A DNA stretch of 36,855 nucleotides, from positions 1 through 36,855 of the forward strand of contig JAPHTL010000308.1 in assembly GCA_026193355.1 (NCBI GenBank), read 5' to 3'. Numbering within the stretch: position 1 is the first letter of the stretch; each line of letters opens with the position of its first letter. This document shows, piece after piece, positions 12,363 through 23,217 of this stretch. The translations under genes were made by a program, and so were the position numbers. The notes beneath the pieces are model-generated. The model saw only the letters and a list, made by a program, of their open reading frames with translations. It had not been told where the DNA came from and did no database searches. The DNA is from Rhodospirillales bacterium (GTDB lineage Bacteria > Pseudomonadota > Alphaproteobacteria > Rhodospirillales > JAPHTL01).

Positions 12363-13637
12363 ATGGATCGTTTCTTCGGAGCCTCGCTTGCACAGACAGA
12401 CCCGGAAATCGCGGGCGCAATCGACAAGGAACTCAGGCGCCAGCAGGATCAGATTGAACTGATCGCCTCGGAAAACATCGTTTCCCGCGCCGTGCTCGAA
12501 GCGCAGGGCTCGGTCCTGACGAACAAGTATGCCGAGGGTTACCCCGGTCGACGCTACTATGGCGGTTGCGAATTCGTCGATATCGCCGAAACGCTGGCGA
12601 TCGATCGGGCAAAGGCCCTTTTCGGATGCGGTTTTGCGAACGTGCAGCCCCATTCCGGCGCACAGGCCAATGGCGCGGTCTACCAGGCATTGCTGAAGCC
12701 CGGCGACACCCTGATGGGCATGTCTCTGGCTGCCGGTGGACACCTGACGCATGGCGCGCCTCCGGCCCAATCGGGAAAATGGTTCAAGGCCGTTCAATAC
12801 GGCGTCAGGCGTCAAGACGGTCGCGTCGACTTTGACGAGGTCGACCGCCTGGCCGACGAGCACAAGCCGAAGATCATTGTCGCCGGTGGCTCGGCATATC
12901 CCCGGGTTATCGACTTCGCCCGGTTTCGCCAGGTCGCCGACCGCGTCGGTGCGCTTCTCATGGTCGACATGGCGCATTTTGCCGGTCTGGTGGCGGCCGG
13001 TGTGCATCCCAGCCCGTTCCCCCACGCGCATATCGCCACCACCACCACCCACAAAACCCTGCGTGGTCCCCGTGGCGGAATGATCCTTACGAACGACGAG
13101 GACATTGCGAAAAAGATCAATTCAGCCGTTTTCCCTGGCTTGCAGGGCGGTCCGTTGATGCATGTGATTGCCGCCAAGGCAGTCGCTTTCGGCGAGGCCT
13201 TGCAGCCGGACTTCAAGACCTACGCTACAAAAATCGTTGAAAATGCAGCGGTTCTTGCCGAGGTTCTCTCGGCACGGGGTTGCGATATTGTATCGAACGG
13301 CACTGATACGCATCTGATGCTTGTCGATCTTCGCCCGAAAAAGCTGACGGGCAAGGCGGCCGAGGAAAGCCTCGAACGCGCCGGCATCACCTGCAACAAG
13401 AACGGTATTCCGTTTGACCCTGAAAAGCCGGCGATTACGTCCGGTGTTCGCCTCGGTACACCAGCCGGAACGACGCGCGGATTCGGCGTGGCCGAATTCA
13501 GGGAAATCGGTGAACTGATCGCCCAGGTTCTGGACGGTCTGGTCACCAGCCCGGATGACAACTCGGAAGTCGAACGTGCTGTTCGCGAGAAGGTGCGGGA
13601 ACTTTGCCGCGCTTTTCCCATTTATCCGGATATGTAA
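12363..13637 (+). CDS. glyA: Serine hydroxymethyltransferase
   Basis: [29 protein letters not shown] and [13 protein letters not shown] (PLP lysine). The ATG at 12363 follows AAGGA; alternative TTG start at 12330. Confidence 0.98.
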   Translation: MDRFFGASLAQTDPEIAGAIDKELRRQQDQIELIASENIVSRAVLEAQGSVLTNKYAEGYPGRRYYGGCEFVDIAETLAIDRAKALFGCGFANVQPHSGAQANGAVYQALLKPGDTLMGMSLAAGGHLTHGAPPAQSGKWFKAVQYGVRRQDGRVDFDEVDRLADEHKPKIIVAGGSAYPRVIDFARFRQVADRVGALLMVDMAHFAGLVAAGVHPSPFPHAHIATTTTHKTLRGPRGGMILTNDEDIAKKINSAVFPGLQGGPLMHVIAAKAVAFGEALQPDFKTYATKIVENAAVLAEVLSARGCDIVSNGTDTHLMLVDLRPKKLTGKAAEESLERAGITCNKNGIPFDPEKPAITSGVRLGTPAGTTRGFGVAEFREIGELIAQVLDGLVTSPDDNSEVERAVREKVRELCRAFPIYPDM

Positions 13638-13673
13638 AAAACCGGAAACGTCCATACAGGGGAGGGGAAGCCC

Positions 13674-14132
13674 ATGCGCTGTCCGTTCTGCGGAAACGAA
13701 GACACCCAGGTTAAGGACTCGCGTCCAACCGAAGACAACTCTGCGATCCGCCGTCGGCGTTACTGCCCGGAATGCGGTTCCCGCTTCACGACGTTTGAAC
13801 GCGTCCAGCTTCGTGAGCTGACGATCGTCAAGAAAGAAAACGAGAAACAGCCATTTGACCGGGACAAGCTGGCCCGCTCCCTACGCCTGGCGCTGAAGAA
13901 AAGGCCCGTTGAGCAGGATCAGATAGAGCGAATCGTCAACAGCATCCAGCGTCGCCTCGAAAGCCTCGGCGAATCAGAGGTTCCCTCGAAGGTCATCGGT
14001 GAGATGGTGATGGATGTCCTCTCCGAACTCGACAAGGTCGCCTACGTTCGCTTCGCGTCTGTCTATCGCAACTTCCGTGAAGCCAAGGACTTCGAGGACT
14101 TTGTCGGAAAGCTTGACCCTGACGCAGAGTAA
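13674..14132 (+). CDS. nrdR: Transcriptional repressor NrdR
   Basis: MRCPFC..DSR..RRRR.C.EC..RFTTFE zinc ribbon, ATP cone and [10 protein letters not shown]. Confidence 0.98.
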   Translation: MRCPFCGNEDTQVKDSRPTEDNSAIRRRRYCPECGSRFTTFERVQLRELTIVKKENEKQPFDRDKLARSLRLALKKRPVEQDQIERIVNSIQRRLESLGESEVPSKVIGEMVMDVLSELDKVAYVRFASVYRNFREAKDFEDFVGKLDPDAE

Positions 14133-15264
14133 TCCCCAGTCGCGGGAAAGCCGCGACGTACAGCACATGTCCGCCGCACTGACACTTGCCCGGCGGGGAC
14201 TTGGGCGTGTCTGGCCTAATCCCGCCGTTGGCTGTGTCATCGTTAAAACAGGCCATTCAGGCGTCGACGACCAGATCGTCGGACGCGGATGGACACAGAA
14301 GGGCGGGCGGCCCCACGCGGAGACCGAGGCGCTGGAACGCGCGGCCTGGGGTGCGCGCGGAGCCACGGCGTACGTCACACTGGAACCATGCAGCCATCAT
14401 GGCGAAACGCCGCCCTGCGCCGAAGCGCTGATTGACGCGGGGGTTTCACGCGTGGTTGTCGCGATGGAAGACCCTGACCCACGCGTCTCAGGGCGTGGTC
14501 TGGCGCGCCTTCGAGAGGCCGGCATTGAAGTCGCCGCCGGCGTTCTTTCCGATGAGGCGGCTGCAATCAACGCGGGTTTTTTCAGGAAAGTCCAGGACGG
14601 CAGGCCACTTTTTACATTGAAGGCGGCGACAACGCTTGATGGACGTATAGCCACGCATTCCGGCGACAGCAAATGGATAACCGCACCCGAAACGAGAGCC
14701 TGGGGGCATCGCCTTCGGGCGACCCACGATGCGATCATGGTGGGTGTCGGAACGGCGATCGAAGACGACCCGGAACTCACCTGCCGACTTCCCGGCATGG
14801 AAGACGATTCTCCCGTCAGGATCATTTTTGACAGCCACATGCGTCTGCCACTGACGGCGAATGTCGTTCGCACGGCAAGGGACGTTCCGACGTGGATCGT
14901 CGTCAGAACCGGCGGCGACCGCGCACGAAGCAAGGCTTTTGAGGATTGCGGGGTGCAGGTTATCGCGGTGGAACCCGACAGCGATGGCTATCCCGACATC
15001 AGGGAAGCCACACAGCAGTTCGCCAGACGCGGGCTGACACGCATTCTTGTCGAGGGCGGCAGCCATCTTGTGGCCAACATGCTCGAACATGATCTGATCG
15101 ACGAAATCGTCTGGATGCGCGCATCCAAGCTTATCGGCGGGGATGGCATTCCCGTTGCGCGCGCGTTCGGCGTCGACAGCCTGGGACAAGCGGCGCAGTT
15201 CACACGAAAAAGCGTTGTGGATGCAGGGGCCGACATCATTGAAACATACGTAAAACGAGCTTGA
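14113..15264 (+). CDS. ribD: Bifunctional riboflavin deaminase/reductase RibD (start uncertain: TTG 14113 or ATG 14167)
   Basis: [37 protein letters not shown] and VEGG. Confidence 0.96.
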   Translation: MTLTQSNPQSRESRDVQHMSAALTLARRGLGRVWPNPAVGCVIVKTGHSGVDDQIVGRGWTQKGGRPHAETEALERAAWGARGATAYVTLEPCSHHGETPPCAEALIDAGVSRVVVAMEDPDPRVSGRGLARLREAGIEVAAGVLSDEAAAINAGFFRKVQDGRPLFTLKAATTLDGRIATHSGDSKWITAPETRAWGHRLRATHDAIMVGVGTAIEDDPELTCRLPGMEDDSPVRIIFDSHMRLPLTANVVRTARDVPTWIVVRTGGDRARSKAFEDCGVQVIAVEPDSDGYPDIREATQQFARRGLTRILVEGGSHLVANMLEHDLIDEIVWMRASKLIGGDGIPVARAFGVDSLGQAAQFTRKSVVDAGADIIETYVKRA

Positions 15265-15270
15265 GGAAAC

Positions 15271-15858
15271 ATGTTTACCGGAATCATCACCGATCTGGGG
15301 CGCGTTCGCGCTGTCGAAAAAAAGGGCGATACCCGCTTTGAATTCGAAACGCACTATGACACGGGTACCGTTGAAATCGGCGGATCAATAGCCTGCAATG
15401 GCGCCTGCATGACCGTCATTGAGAAGGGAGCGGGTTGGTTCGCCATTTCCGCATCCGGGGAATCCCTGTCCAAAACGACGATGGGAGAATGGCAAGTCGG
15501 CACGCCGGTCAATTTCGAGCGGGCGCTCAAGGTCGGTGACGAACTTGGCGGGCATATCGTTTCCGGACACGTTGACGGCATCGCCAGAATTGAAAGCATC
15601 ACACCCGAAGGCGATTCGCACCGGTTCGTCTTTGTTGCGCCCGACACCCTGAAGAATTTCATTGCCCCGAAAGGCTCTGTCGCGCTTGACGGCATTTCGC
15701 TGACGGTCAACGAGGTGAATGGCGCGCAGTTCGGCGTCAACGTTATTCCCCATACGCTGTCGGTGACCACTTTTGGGCAAAAGAAGGCAGGCGACACGGT
15801 GAATCTGGAAATCGACATGCTGGCGCGCTATGTTGCGCGCCTTCTGGAAAAGGACTGA
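15271..15858 (+). CDS. ribE: Riboflavin synthase (alpha chain; ribC in E. coli nomenclature)
   Basis: MFTGII N-terminus, GGHIVSGHVDG, KGSVALDGISLT and VNLEID. Confidence 0.96.
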   Translation: MFTGIITDLGRVRAVEKKGDTRFEFETHYDTGTVEIGGSIACNGACMTVIEKGAGWFAISASGESLSKTTMGEWQVGTPVNFERALKVGDELGGHIVSGHVDGIARIESITPEGDSHRFVFVAPDTLKNFIAPKGSVALDGISLTVNEVNGAQFGVNVIPHTLSVTTFGQKKAGDTVNLEIDMLARYVARLLEKD

Positions 15859-15860
15859 CC

Positions 15861-16997
15861 GTGTCACATAGCTCTTACGCACAATATCTTTCGTCCGTCA
15901 CCGAGATCATCGAGGAAGCCCGAAACGGGCGGATGTTCGTTCTTGTCGATGACGAAGACCGCGAAAATGAAGGCGATCTCGTCATCCCTGCACAGATGGC
16001 GACACCGGACGCCATCAACTTCATGGCCAAATACGGACGTGGGTTGATCTGCCTCACGCTCGATCAGGATCGTGTTGAGGAACTGAATATTCCCTTGATG
16101 ACACGCGGGGGGGATGGCTGCCGTCTTGGAACGGCATTCACCGTCTCGATTGAGGCCCGTGAGGGGGTCACAACAGGCATCTCGGCCGGGGATCGCGCAC
16201 GGACCATCGCGGTCGCCATTGATCCATCCAAAAGCGCCGCCGATATCGTAACGCCGGGCCATGTGTTCCCGCTGGCGGCGCGTCAGGGTGGTACGCTTGT
16301 GCGCGCAGGCCACACAGAAGCCGCCGTTGATATCTCCAGGCTGGCCGGGCTCAATCCCTCGGGCGTTATCTGCGAGATCATGAACGACGATGGCACCATG
16401 GCGCGGATGCCCGATCTTATTCAGTTCGCCCAGTATCATGGCCTGAAGATCGGCACGATTGCGGATTTGATCGCCTACCGGCGGCGCAACGACATGCTTG
16501 TCGAGAAAACCGTCGAAACAAGCCTCAACAGCGTTTACGGCGGTGAATTCACCATGGCCGTATACGTCAACAAGGTCGCCTATGCGGAACATATCGCCCT
16601 GATAAAGGGAAATCTTGAAGAAGATGGCCCGGTCATGGTCCGCATGCATGCCCTCAACGTTCTTGATGATGTGCTGGGGGATCACAGCGCGGGCAAGGCC
16701 CACGAACTTCACCAATCGATGCGTATGATCGCCGAACACGGTCGCGGCGTTGTTGTTCTTATCCGGGAACCACACCCGACCAGCTTGTCCGATCGTGTTC
16801 GCGCCCTTGCGGGCGAAGAACGGGGAAACCAGCAGCCGTTGCGTGATTACGGCGTCGGTGCGCAAATTTTGCTCGATCTCGGCGTCAAGGATATGATCTT
16901 GCTTTCAAACACCAAGCGGACGATCGTCGGTCTTGACGGTTATGGTCTGAAAGTGGTTGATCAGCGCCCCATCCCGGCGAAGGAGAAAACCGCATGA
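15861..16997 (+). CDS. ribB: DHBP synthase RibB fused to a degenerate GTP cyclohydrolase II-like domain (RibBX type)
   Basis: RibB motifs [33 protein letters not shown] and CEIMNDDG are intact. The C-terminal domain keeps [10 protein letters not shown] but has no Zn-binding cysteines. Confidence 0.92.
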   Translation: MSHSSYAQYLSSVTEIIEEARNGRMFVLVDDEDRENEGDLVIPAQMATPDAINFMAKYGRGLICLTLDQDRVEELNIPLMTRGGDGCRLGTAFTVSIEAREGVTTGISAGDRARTIAVAIDPSKSAADIVTPGHVFPLAARQGGTLVRAGHTEAAVDISRLAGLNPSGVICEIMNDDGTMARMPDLIQFAQYHGLKIGTIADLIAYRRRNDMLVEKTVETSLNSVYGGEFTMAVYVNKVAYAEHIALIKGNLEEDGPVMVRMHALNVLDDVLGDHSAGKAHELHQSMRMIAEHGRGVVVLIREPHPTSLSDRVRALAGEERGNQQPLRDYGVGAQILLDLGVKDMILLSNTKRTIVGLDGYGLKVVDQRPIPAKEKTA

Positions 16998-17467
16998 GCG
17001 ATCAAGATACCCCCCGTGTCCTCATCGTTGAGGCGCGTTTCTATCAGGATATCGCTGATGAGCTGATGAAGGGCGCGTTGGGCGTTCTTGAGGCTGCGGG
17101 TGTCGCATATCAGCGCATTGAAGTGCCTGGCGTGTTCGAAATTCCGGCAGCCATCCGTTTCGCCATCCGTTCGATGGAGTTGCGGGCGGCTTCACGCCGC
17201 TTCCCGGGCTTCATAAGTCTGGGCTGCGTTATACGGGGCGAAACGTCCCATTATGACTATGTTGCCGGGGAGGCGTCCCGCGCCCTGATGGACCTGTCGG
17301 TCAACTACAGCATTGCGCACGGTTTCGGTGTTCTGACCTGTGAAAATTATGATCAGGCGTGGGCCCGCGCTGATGTCACCGGCAAGAAAAACGTTGGTGG
17401 CCGGGCAGCGGAAGCCTGCCTTCAGATGATGGATGTGAAGAAACAGCTTCATCTGGTTCCTCGATGA
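16994..17467 (+). CDS. ribH: 6,7-dimethyl-8-ribityllumazine synthase
   Basis: ARFY, VPGVFEIP, LGCVIRGETSHYDYV and GVLT...QA..R. Confidence 0.95.
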   Translation: MSDQDTPRVLIVEARFYQDIADELMKGALGVLEAAGVAYQRIEVPGVFEIPAAIRFAIRSMELRAASRRFPGFISLGCVIRGETSHYDYVAGEASRALMDLSVNYSIAHGFGVLTCENYDQAWARADVTGKKNVGGRAAEACLQMMDVKKQLHLVPR

Positions 17468-17985
17468 GCCGACCATCTGCAAAAAGTCGCAGCGCTGCCC
17501 GTCTGGCGGCGGTTCAGGCGCTTTATGAACTTGATATGTCCGAGGCGACCCCGGACGCTGTCATGGTCGATATCCTGCGTGAGCGTTGGACCGCTGCGGC
17601 TGCAGAATCCGCCCGTGAAGACGGGATTGATGACACTGATATGGTCGAACCCGATAGCGAGCTGTTCACGGACCTCGTTCGCGGCGTCGTCAGCCGCAAG
17701 GCCGAGGTTGACGCCATCGCCGACGGATCGCTAACCGGCGGCTGGAAATCAGACAGGCTGGAAACGTTGCTTCGCGCCGTTCTGCGTGCGGGGATCTATG
17801 AATTGCTCGCCATGCCCGGCGTTCCCCCGAAAGTGGTGATCAGCGAGTACATGGAGGTCGCCCACGCTTTCTTCAATGAAGGAGAGCCCTCGTTGATCAA
17901 CGGTGTGCTTGACCGTGTCGCCCATATTCTCCGTGAAGGGGAGTTCGGCGTGAAGAAAAAGGGTGTGCAGGGAGATGCTGGGTGA
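17464..17985 (+). CDS. nusB: Transcription antitermination factor NusB
   Basis: RSAARLAAVQALY, LR...YEL, VVISEY and INGVLD. Confidence 0.96.
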   Translation: MSRPSAKSRSAARLAAVQALYELDMSEATPDAVMVDILRERWTAAAAESAREDGIDDTDMVEPDSELFTDLVRGVVSRKAEVDAIADGSLTGGWKSDRLETLLRAVLRAGIYELLAMPGVPPKVVISEYMEVAHAFFNEGEPSLINGVLDRVAHILREGEFGVKKKGVQGDAG

Positions 17986-18955
17986 ATTCGATCTGATCGC
18001 CCGTTATTTCGCCCCTTTGGCTTCAGGCGCCGAAGGCGCACTTGGTCTTACTGACGATGCCGCTCTTTTCTCTGTTCAGGCGGGCAGGGAAGGCGTTGTT
18101 ACGATGGATACCCTCGTTTCCGGGGTGCATTTTCTGGCGAATAACGCGCCCGAAGACATCGCGGCAAAGCTTCTGGGGGTGAATCTCTCCGATCTTGCTG
18201 CGATGGGCGCACTGCCGCAAGGCTACACCCTGTCTATCGCAATCGATTCCACCATCGACGAATCCTGGCTTGAGGGTTTTACGCTTGGGCTTGAAGTTGT
18301 TGGTCGTGAATACGGGATCGCCCTACTTGGCGGCGATACGGTCAGAACGCCCGGTCCCCTTACCCTGACGGCCACCGCATTTGGAACCATCGAAACAGGC
18401 AGGGCTTTGCGCAGGAAAGGGGGCTCTGCCGGTGATATCGTTTGTGTCTCCGGAACGATAGGGGATGCGGCTCTGGGGCTATTGGCCATTCAGGGAGGTC
18501 TTCAGGGCATATCTGACAAGGCGGCCCAATACCTTGCGCAACGCTACAGCCGACCAACGCCGCGCGTTGCTCTCGGTTCCCGGCTTGTTGGCGTGGCTTC
18601 GGCCGTTGTCGACATCTCGGATGGCCTTGTTGGCGATCTTGGGCATATCTGCGAATGCTCGGATATCGGCATGGAAATCAACGTCGAATCGATTCCACTT
18701 TCTGATGGCGCCAAAGAGGCGCTGGACCTGAATCCAACGCTTGTTCAAAGCGTTCTGTCGGGCGGCGATGACTATGAACTCGCCTTTACCGTTCCGGAGA
18801 ACCTCATGGACCTCCTGAAAGAAGTTTCAAAAAAGGCCGGCGTTATGGTGACGGATATTGGGCGCACTGTCGAAGGCGCCGGATCGGGGAGGGTTTCGGT
18901 TTTCGATGACGGAAAACCAGTGGATGTTGCCATCGCTGGATACAGGCATTTCTGA
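17975..18955 (+). CDS. thiL: Thiamine-monophosphate kinase
   Basis: EFDLIARYF, DDAA, NLSDLAAMG, GGDT, DISDGL and GGDDYEL. Confidence 0.96.
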   Translation: MLGEFDLIARYFAPLASGAEGALGLTDDAALFSVQAGREGVVTMDTLVSGVHFLANNAPEDIAAKLLGVNLSDLAAMGALPQGYTLSIAIDSTIDESWLEGFTLGLEVVGREYGIALLGGDTVRTPGPLTLTATAFGTIETGRALRRKGGSAGDIVCVSGTIGDAALGLLAIQGGLQGISDKAAQYLAQRYSRPTPRVALGSRLVGVASAVVDISDGLVGDLGHICECSDIGMEINVESIPLSDGAKEALDLNPTLVQSVLSGGDDYELAFTVPENLMDLLKEVSKKAGVMVTDIGRTVEGAGSGRVSVFDDGKPVDVAIAGYRHF

Positions 18956-19052
18956 TCCGTTTGCCCGCCCATGACATCACAGCCTTTTCAAGACGGGGAT
19001 GAAGCCCGATAATGAACTTCATCTACACGCAGACCCCCAACGGGACGAATAA

Positions 19053-19520
19053 ATGCGCAAGCTTTTCATCATCATATCCCTTCTGATCGTTACAGCAGGG
19101 GCCAGTATCAGCGTCATGCAAATGATGGGTATTGGCCCCTTTGCGCCAAAGGAGGGTGATGTTGCAGAGGAATCACTTGCAGAAAAAATGATCCCTCAGC
19201 GGCCGCCTTCTTTCCTTGAGGTGAACCCCCTGATGATTCCGATCTTTCAGGAAGACAGGGTGGTAACGACCGTCCAGATCCAGTTGAAGCTTGAGGTCAA
19301 GTCCGAGAACGAGGAAGAAGTCCGAAAGGTCATGCCGCGCATTTCAGACGCCTATCTGCGCGATCTTTATTCCTATGTCCCGCGCATGCTTGAAAAGCAC
19401 GAAAACCTGGACCTTAAGGCGCTCAAGCAACGTTTGATGTGGCTTAGTGAAAAAATCGCGGGACCCGGTATGGTGGACGATGTCCTTATCCAATCTGTTA
19501 TGGACAACCAGCGGGGATGA
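19053..19520 (+). CDS. FliL-like single-pass membrane protein (orphan)
   Basis: N-terminal TM segment, then a FliL-like pattern: L.IPI, LKLEV, MPRISDAYLRDL, LKQRL and V.DVLIQS. Confidence 0.65.
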   Translation: MRKLFIIISLLIVTAGASISVMQMMGIGPFAPKEGDVAEESLAEKMIPQRPPSFLEVNPLMIPIFQEDRVVTTVQIQLKLEVKSENEEEVRKVMPRISDAYLRDLYSYVPRMLEKHENLDLKALKQRLMWLSEKIAGPGMVDDVLIQSVMDNQRG

Positions 19521-19902
19521 TAGACCGTTCCTGTTTTTTGCTCACGAAGGGACAGTTTCGCCTATTGGTCCTACCAACATCGTTTTTCCTTGTTGGTTGA
19601 CCGCCAAACTTTCGTTTTAATTATTTTAATGAGGAATATTAGGCTTTTGTCATATTCTTTGATTTTCAACTAGATCTAATTTCTTTCTAAGCACTTGCAC
19701 AATAAGTTCACCGATTACGGTGATTAGTTGCTTTGCCGTTCGCGTTCTGCCATTTTTGCACAAATTCAGGAGCTTCAGGAGAAGTGCAAGGCCGTGCCGT
19801 CTTGCACGCTCAGCGCTATAAAAAGAATAACAGCGCCCGAAGCAGAGACATGAATTTCAGGGTTTGAAAAATTCACAGGTACTTGAAAAAGGGGCTTTAG
19901 GA

Positions 19903-21999
19903 ATGACTGGCGTTTACGCGTTCATCACTGCCTGCGGTCTGCTGGCGTTGGCCTACGGGGCCTATGCCATCAGGTCCGTTCTGGCGCACCCTGCTGGAAC
20001 AGAGAAAATGCAGGAAATTGCTGGTGCCATTCAGGAAGGCGCCAGCGCCTACCTCAATCGGCAATACACAACCGTCGCCGTTGTCGGCGTGGTCGTTGGC
20101 GTTCTCCTCGGCATGCGCCTGGGAATGACGGTTGCCGTCGGTTATTTCATTGGCGCCATCCTTTCCGGTGTGACGGGATATATTGGCATGAACATTTCGG
20201 TTCGCGCCAACGTAAGAACCGCCGAAGCTGCCCGTACCACCGGAATGGCCGATGCTCTCGGCGTTGCATTCAAGTCTGGTGCGGTCACCGGTATGCTGGT
20301 GGTCGGGCTGGCCCTTCTTGGTGTGGGCGTCTACTACTTCATTCTCCGCGGCATGGTTGACACGTCAACAGCCGCAGGAACGCGCCATATTCTCGAAGCC
20401 CTTGTGGCCCTGAGCTTCGGCGCATCGTTGATCTCGATCTTTGCGCGTCTTGGTGGTGGTATCTTCACCAAGGGCGCCGATGTCGGCGCCGACCTTGTCG
20501 GCAAGATTGAAGCGGGAATCCCCGAGGATGACCCCCGGAACGCCGCCGTCATCGCCGATAACGTCGGTGATAATGTCGGCGATTGCGCCGGTATGGCCGC
20601 CGATCTTTTCGAAACATACGCCGTGACAATCGTCGCGACCATGCTTCTCGCCGCCATCTTCTTCGCTGGCGAAACGCAGGAACTGATGATGGCTTTTCCG
20701 CTTCTGATCGGTGCGGTGTGCATCATCGCCTCCGTCGCCGGTGCGTTCTTCGTTCGCCTTGGCGCAACCAAAAACATCATGGGCGCCCTTTACAAGGGCT
20801 TCATTGCTTCGGCGGTGTTTTCAGCGGTTCTTATCGCCGGCGCGACCGGATGGCTTCTCGGTTTCGGGACGGAGTTCCAGATGGCCGGGCGGAGCGTGAC
20901 AGGACTTCAGCTCTTCTATTGCACACTGACAGGCCTTGGCGTTACCGGACTGATTGTCTGGATCACCGAGTACTACACGGGAACCGACTATCGTCCCGTT
21001 CGCAGCATTGCCAAGTCATCTGAAACCGGTCATGGCACAAACGTGATCCAGGGCCTCGCCATTTCGATGGAAGCAACGGCGCTGCCGGTTCTGGTCATTT
21101 GCGGTGGTATCTTCATCGCCTACGCCTCCGCCGGTCTGTTCGGTATCGCCATCGCGGCGACAACGATGCTGGCCCTGGCGGGCATCGTCGTGGCTTTGGA
21201 TGCCTATGGCCCGGTTACGGATAACGCCGGCGGCATCGCCGAAATGGCGGATCTGCCCGAAGACGTCCGCACCATCACCGATGCGCTGGACGCCGTTGGC
21301 AACACCACGAAGGCTGTCACCAAGGGTTACGCCATCGGTTCGGCCGGTCTGGCCGCGCTGGTGCTCTTTGCCGCATACACGGAAGACCTCAGCCATTATT
21401 TCCCCGATCTTGAGGTTACTTTCCGCCTTTCCGATCCCTACGTTGTGATCGGGCTGTTTATCGGCGGGCTGCTTCCCTATCTGTTCGGCGCCATGGGTAT
21501 GATGGCCGTTGGGCGGGCAGGCGGCGAAGTCGTTGTTGAGGTCCGTCGCCAGTTCCGGGAAATCCCCGGCATCATGGATGGTACGGCGCGCCCAGAATAT
21601 GGCCGTTGCGTTGATATCCTGACGAAAACCGCCATCAAGGAGATGATCGTTCCGTCGCTCCTTCCGGTTCTCGCGCCCATCGTTCTTTACGTTGCCGTTC
21701 TTATGGTCGCTGATCAGAAAGCGGCTTTCACGGCGCTTGGCGCGATGCTTCTTGGCACCATCGTCACCGGTATTTTCGTGGCGCTTTCCATGACCTCAGG
21801 CGGTGGCGCCTGGGACAACGCCAAAAAATACATCGAGGACGGGAATCATGGCGGTAAGGGCTCCGAGGCCCATAAGGCGGCCGTTACGGGTGATACCGTC
21901 GGCGATCCGTACAAGGACACCGCTGGCCCAGCTGTCAACCCGATGATCAAGATCACCAACATCGTGGCGATCCTGCTCCTCGCGGTGGTTGCTGGCTAA
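19903..21999 (+). CDS. hppA: Membrane-bound H+-translocating pyrophosphatase, K+-independent signature
   Basis: [45 protein letters not shown] and [10 protein letters not shown]. Confidence 0.96.
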   Translation: MTGVYAFITACGLLALAYGAYAIRSVLAHPAGTEKMQEIAGAIQEGASAYLNRQYTTVAVVGVVVGVLLGMRLGMTVAVGYFIGAILSGVTGYIGMNISVRANVRTAEAARTTGMADALGVAFKSGAVTGMLVVGLALLGVGVYYFILRGMVDTSTAAGTRHILEALVALSFGASLISIFARLGGGIFTKGADVGADLVGKIEAGIPEDDPRNAAVIADNVGDNVGDCAGMAADLFETYAVTIVATMLLAAIFFAGETQELMMAFPLLIGAVCIIASVAGAFFVRLGATKNIMGALYKGFIASAVFSAVLIAGATGWLLGFGTEFQMAGRSVTGLQLFYCTLTGLGVTGLIVWITEYYTGTDYRPVRSIAKSSETGHGTNVIQGLAISMEATALPVLVICGGIFIAYASAGLFGIAIAATTMLALAGIVVALDAYGPVTDNAGGIAEMADLPEDVRTITDALDAVGNTTKAVTKGYAIGSAGLAALVLFAAYTEDLSHYFPDLEVTFRLSDPYVVIGLFIGGLLPYLFGAMGMMAVGRAGGEVVVEVRRQFREIPGIMDGTARPEYGRCVDILTKTAIKEMIVPSLLPVLAPIVLYVAVLMVADQKAAFTALGAMLLGTIVTGIFVALSMTSGGGAWDNAKKYIEDGNHGGKGSEAHKAAVTGDTVGDPYKDTAGPAVNPMIKITNIVAILLLAVVAG

Positions 22000-22021
22000 C
22001 ACAACGCCTAACGTCAAGAAG

Positions 22022-22058
22022 AAGGCCCGGAAGGTTTTACCTTCCGGGCCTTTTTTTA
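22022..22058. terminator. Intrinsic terminator between convergent hppA and bamE
   Basis: AAGGCCCGGAAGGT-TTT-ACCTTCCGGGCCTT is a perfect 14-bp stem followed by a T-tract. Confidence 0.88.
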
Positions 22059-22082
22059 TGGCACCCCACCGAAGAAACGTTA

Positions 22083-22532
22083 CTATTTTTCACGATTGAA
22101 GCGCCCGAAATTACCAAAAACCTGCTCGATAAAGCCCATTTCATGGCCCGCCGAAGGGGTTTCGCGTTCAACAGGGTCCACTTCCTTGCCTGCTTCCTTG
22201 CCAATCGTTTGAACGGTCGAAACGATGCCCTTGTCGTCAAAGCGGATGACGAGAACCTGACGGTCCGTCAACTCAGGCTTGAAGAAAGCGGTTGTTTCGG
22301 TCCGTTCTGAAATATAATACCAGACCTCGGTGTCGAACATGGCGACTGTTGACGGCGCCCCTAGAATTTCGACGACTTCGTCCTTGGATACCTTGCCAGG
22401 TGAAATTTCGGCTATCAATTCGGAATCGGGCAGGTTTCCGCGTGTTTCGACCCTCGGCGCACAGGCAATGACAGTCAACGCGATCGCGGCGCCGAGAAAA
22501 GTACGGATATGACGGTGTCCAGATGTCGGCAT
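22083..22532 (-). CDS. bamE: Outer membrane protein assembly lipoprotein BamE
   Basis: Lipobox-like VIAC, RGN, V..ILG.PS, WYYIS and FD..G.V. Sits in the usual position divergent from cbp3-yceD. Confidence 0.9.
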   Translation of the reverse strand: MPTSGHRHIRTFLGAAIALTVIACAPRVETRGNLPDSELIAEISPGKVSKDEVVEILGAPSTVAMFDTEVWYYISERTETTAFFKPELTDRQVLVIRFDDKGIVSTVQTIGKEAGKEVDPVERETPSAGHEMGFIEQVFGNFGRFNREK

Positions 22533-22656
22533 CTTCAGTTCGCAGCCCTTGCAGGGGTGATGGCGCTATCGTGTCGCGCGGTTTTCATGATAGATCACAC
22601 TCCATGTCAAACCTTGTCAACCATTCCGCAGGTGTGTCGGGAACAGGAAACGCAGA

Positions 22657-23217
22657 ATGGGGATCATAAGCCGTCTTTTTCACCGCAATCCGTGGAACAA
22701 GCCTGCGCGCCTTCTTTACACGTCGGTCATTGAACAATCGCGGCATCCGGTCTTTTACACCGACTGTTGCGTTGATGATACCGTCGAAGGACGTTTTGAT
22801 CTATTGGCCCTGCACGCCTTTCTTGTCCTCCGTCGGCTTAAAAAGGCGCCGGATAATACGAACGTCTTGTCGCAGACCTTCTTCGACCTGATGTTCGCGG
22901 ACCTTGATGTAAACCTGCGCGAACTTGGTGTTGGCGATATGGGTATGGGGCGGCGCATCCGAAAACTGGCGGAATCCTTCTATGGCCGCATAGCGGCCTA
23001 CGACAGCGGACTGGATTCCGATGATGATGAATTGCTGAAAAGCGCTATCGACAGGAACCTGTACATGAATACGCCTGTATCTGAAAAAATTCTGGGCTTG
23101 ATGGCCGAGTATGTGCGCCGTGAGGACGATTCCCTGGCGCAGCAGCAGGTGTCCGCACTTATGGAAGGGCAGGTCACCTTCGGCGCGCCACCCCACGCCC
23201 AGGGAGCGGAGCAGTGA
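22657..23217 (+). CDS. Ubiquinol-cytochrome c chaperone (Cbp3/UQCC1 family)
   Basis: DTVEGRFDLLALH, D.NLRELGVGD and FYGR..AYD. Confidence 0.88.
   Translation: MGIISRLFHRNPWNKPARLLYTSVIEQSRHPVFYTDCCVDDTVEGRFDLLALHAFLVLRRLKKAPDNTNVLSQTFFDLMFADLDVNLRELGVGDMGMGRRIRKLAESFYGRIAAYDSGLDSDDDELLKSAIDRNLYMNTPVSEKILGLMAEYVRREDDSLAQQQVSALMEGQVTFGAPPHAQGAEQ

Noticed and set aside
13638-15270. FMN riboswitch or other leader RNA for the rib genes
   Set aside because: The genes are tightly packed or overlapping, leaving no room, and no RFN consensus was seen.
15864-16865. Long antisense ORFs (333 aa here; also 3243-4199, 8499-9260, 10577-11236, 12333-13052, 14488-15354, 36146-36844)
   Set aside because: They are shadows of well-supported genes on the opposite strand, expected from GC-rich codon usage, and show no recognisable motifs.
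19617-19629. CtrA box
   Set aside because: The TTAA half-sites are 5 bp apart, not the required 7.
19659-19672. FNR/FnrL box upstream of hppA
   Set aside because: TTGATTTTCAACTA does not fit TTGAT-N4-ATCAA, because the dyad spacing is 3 bp too short.
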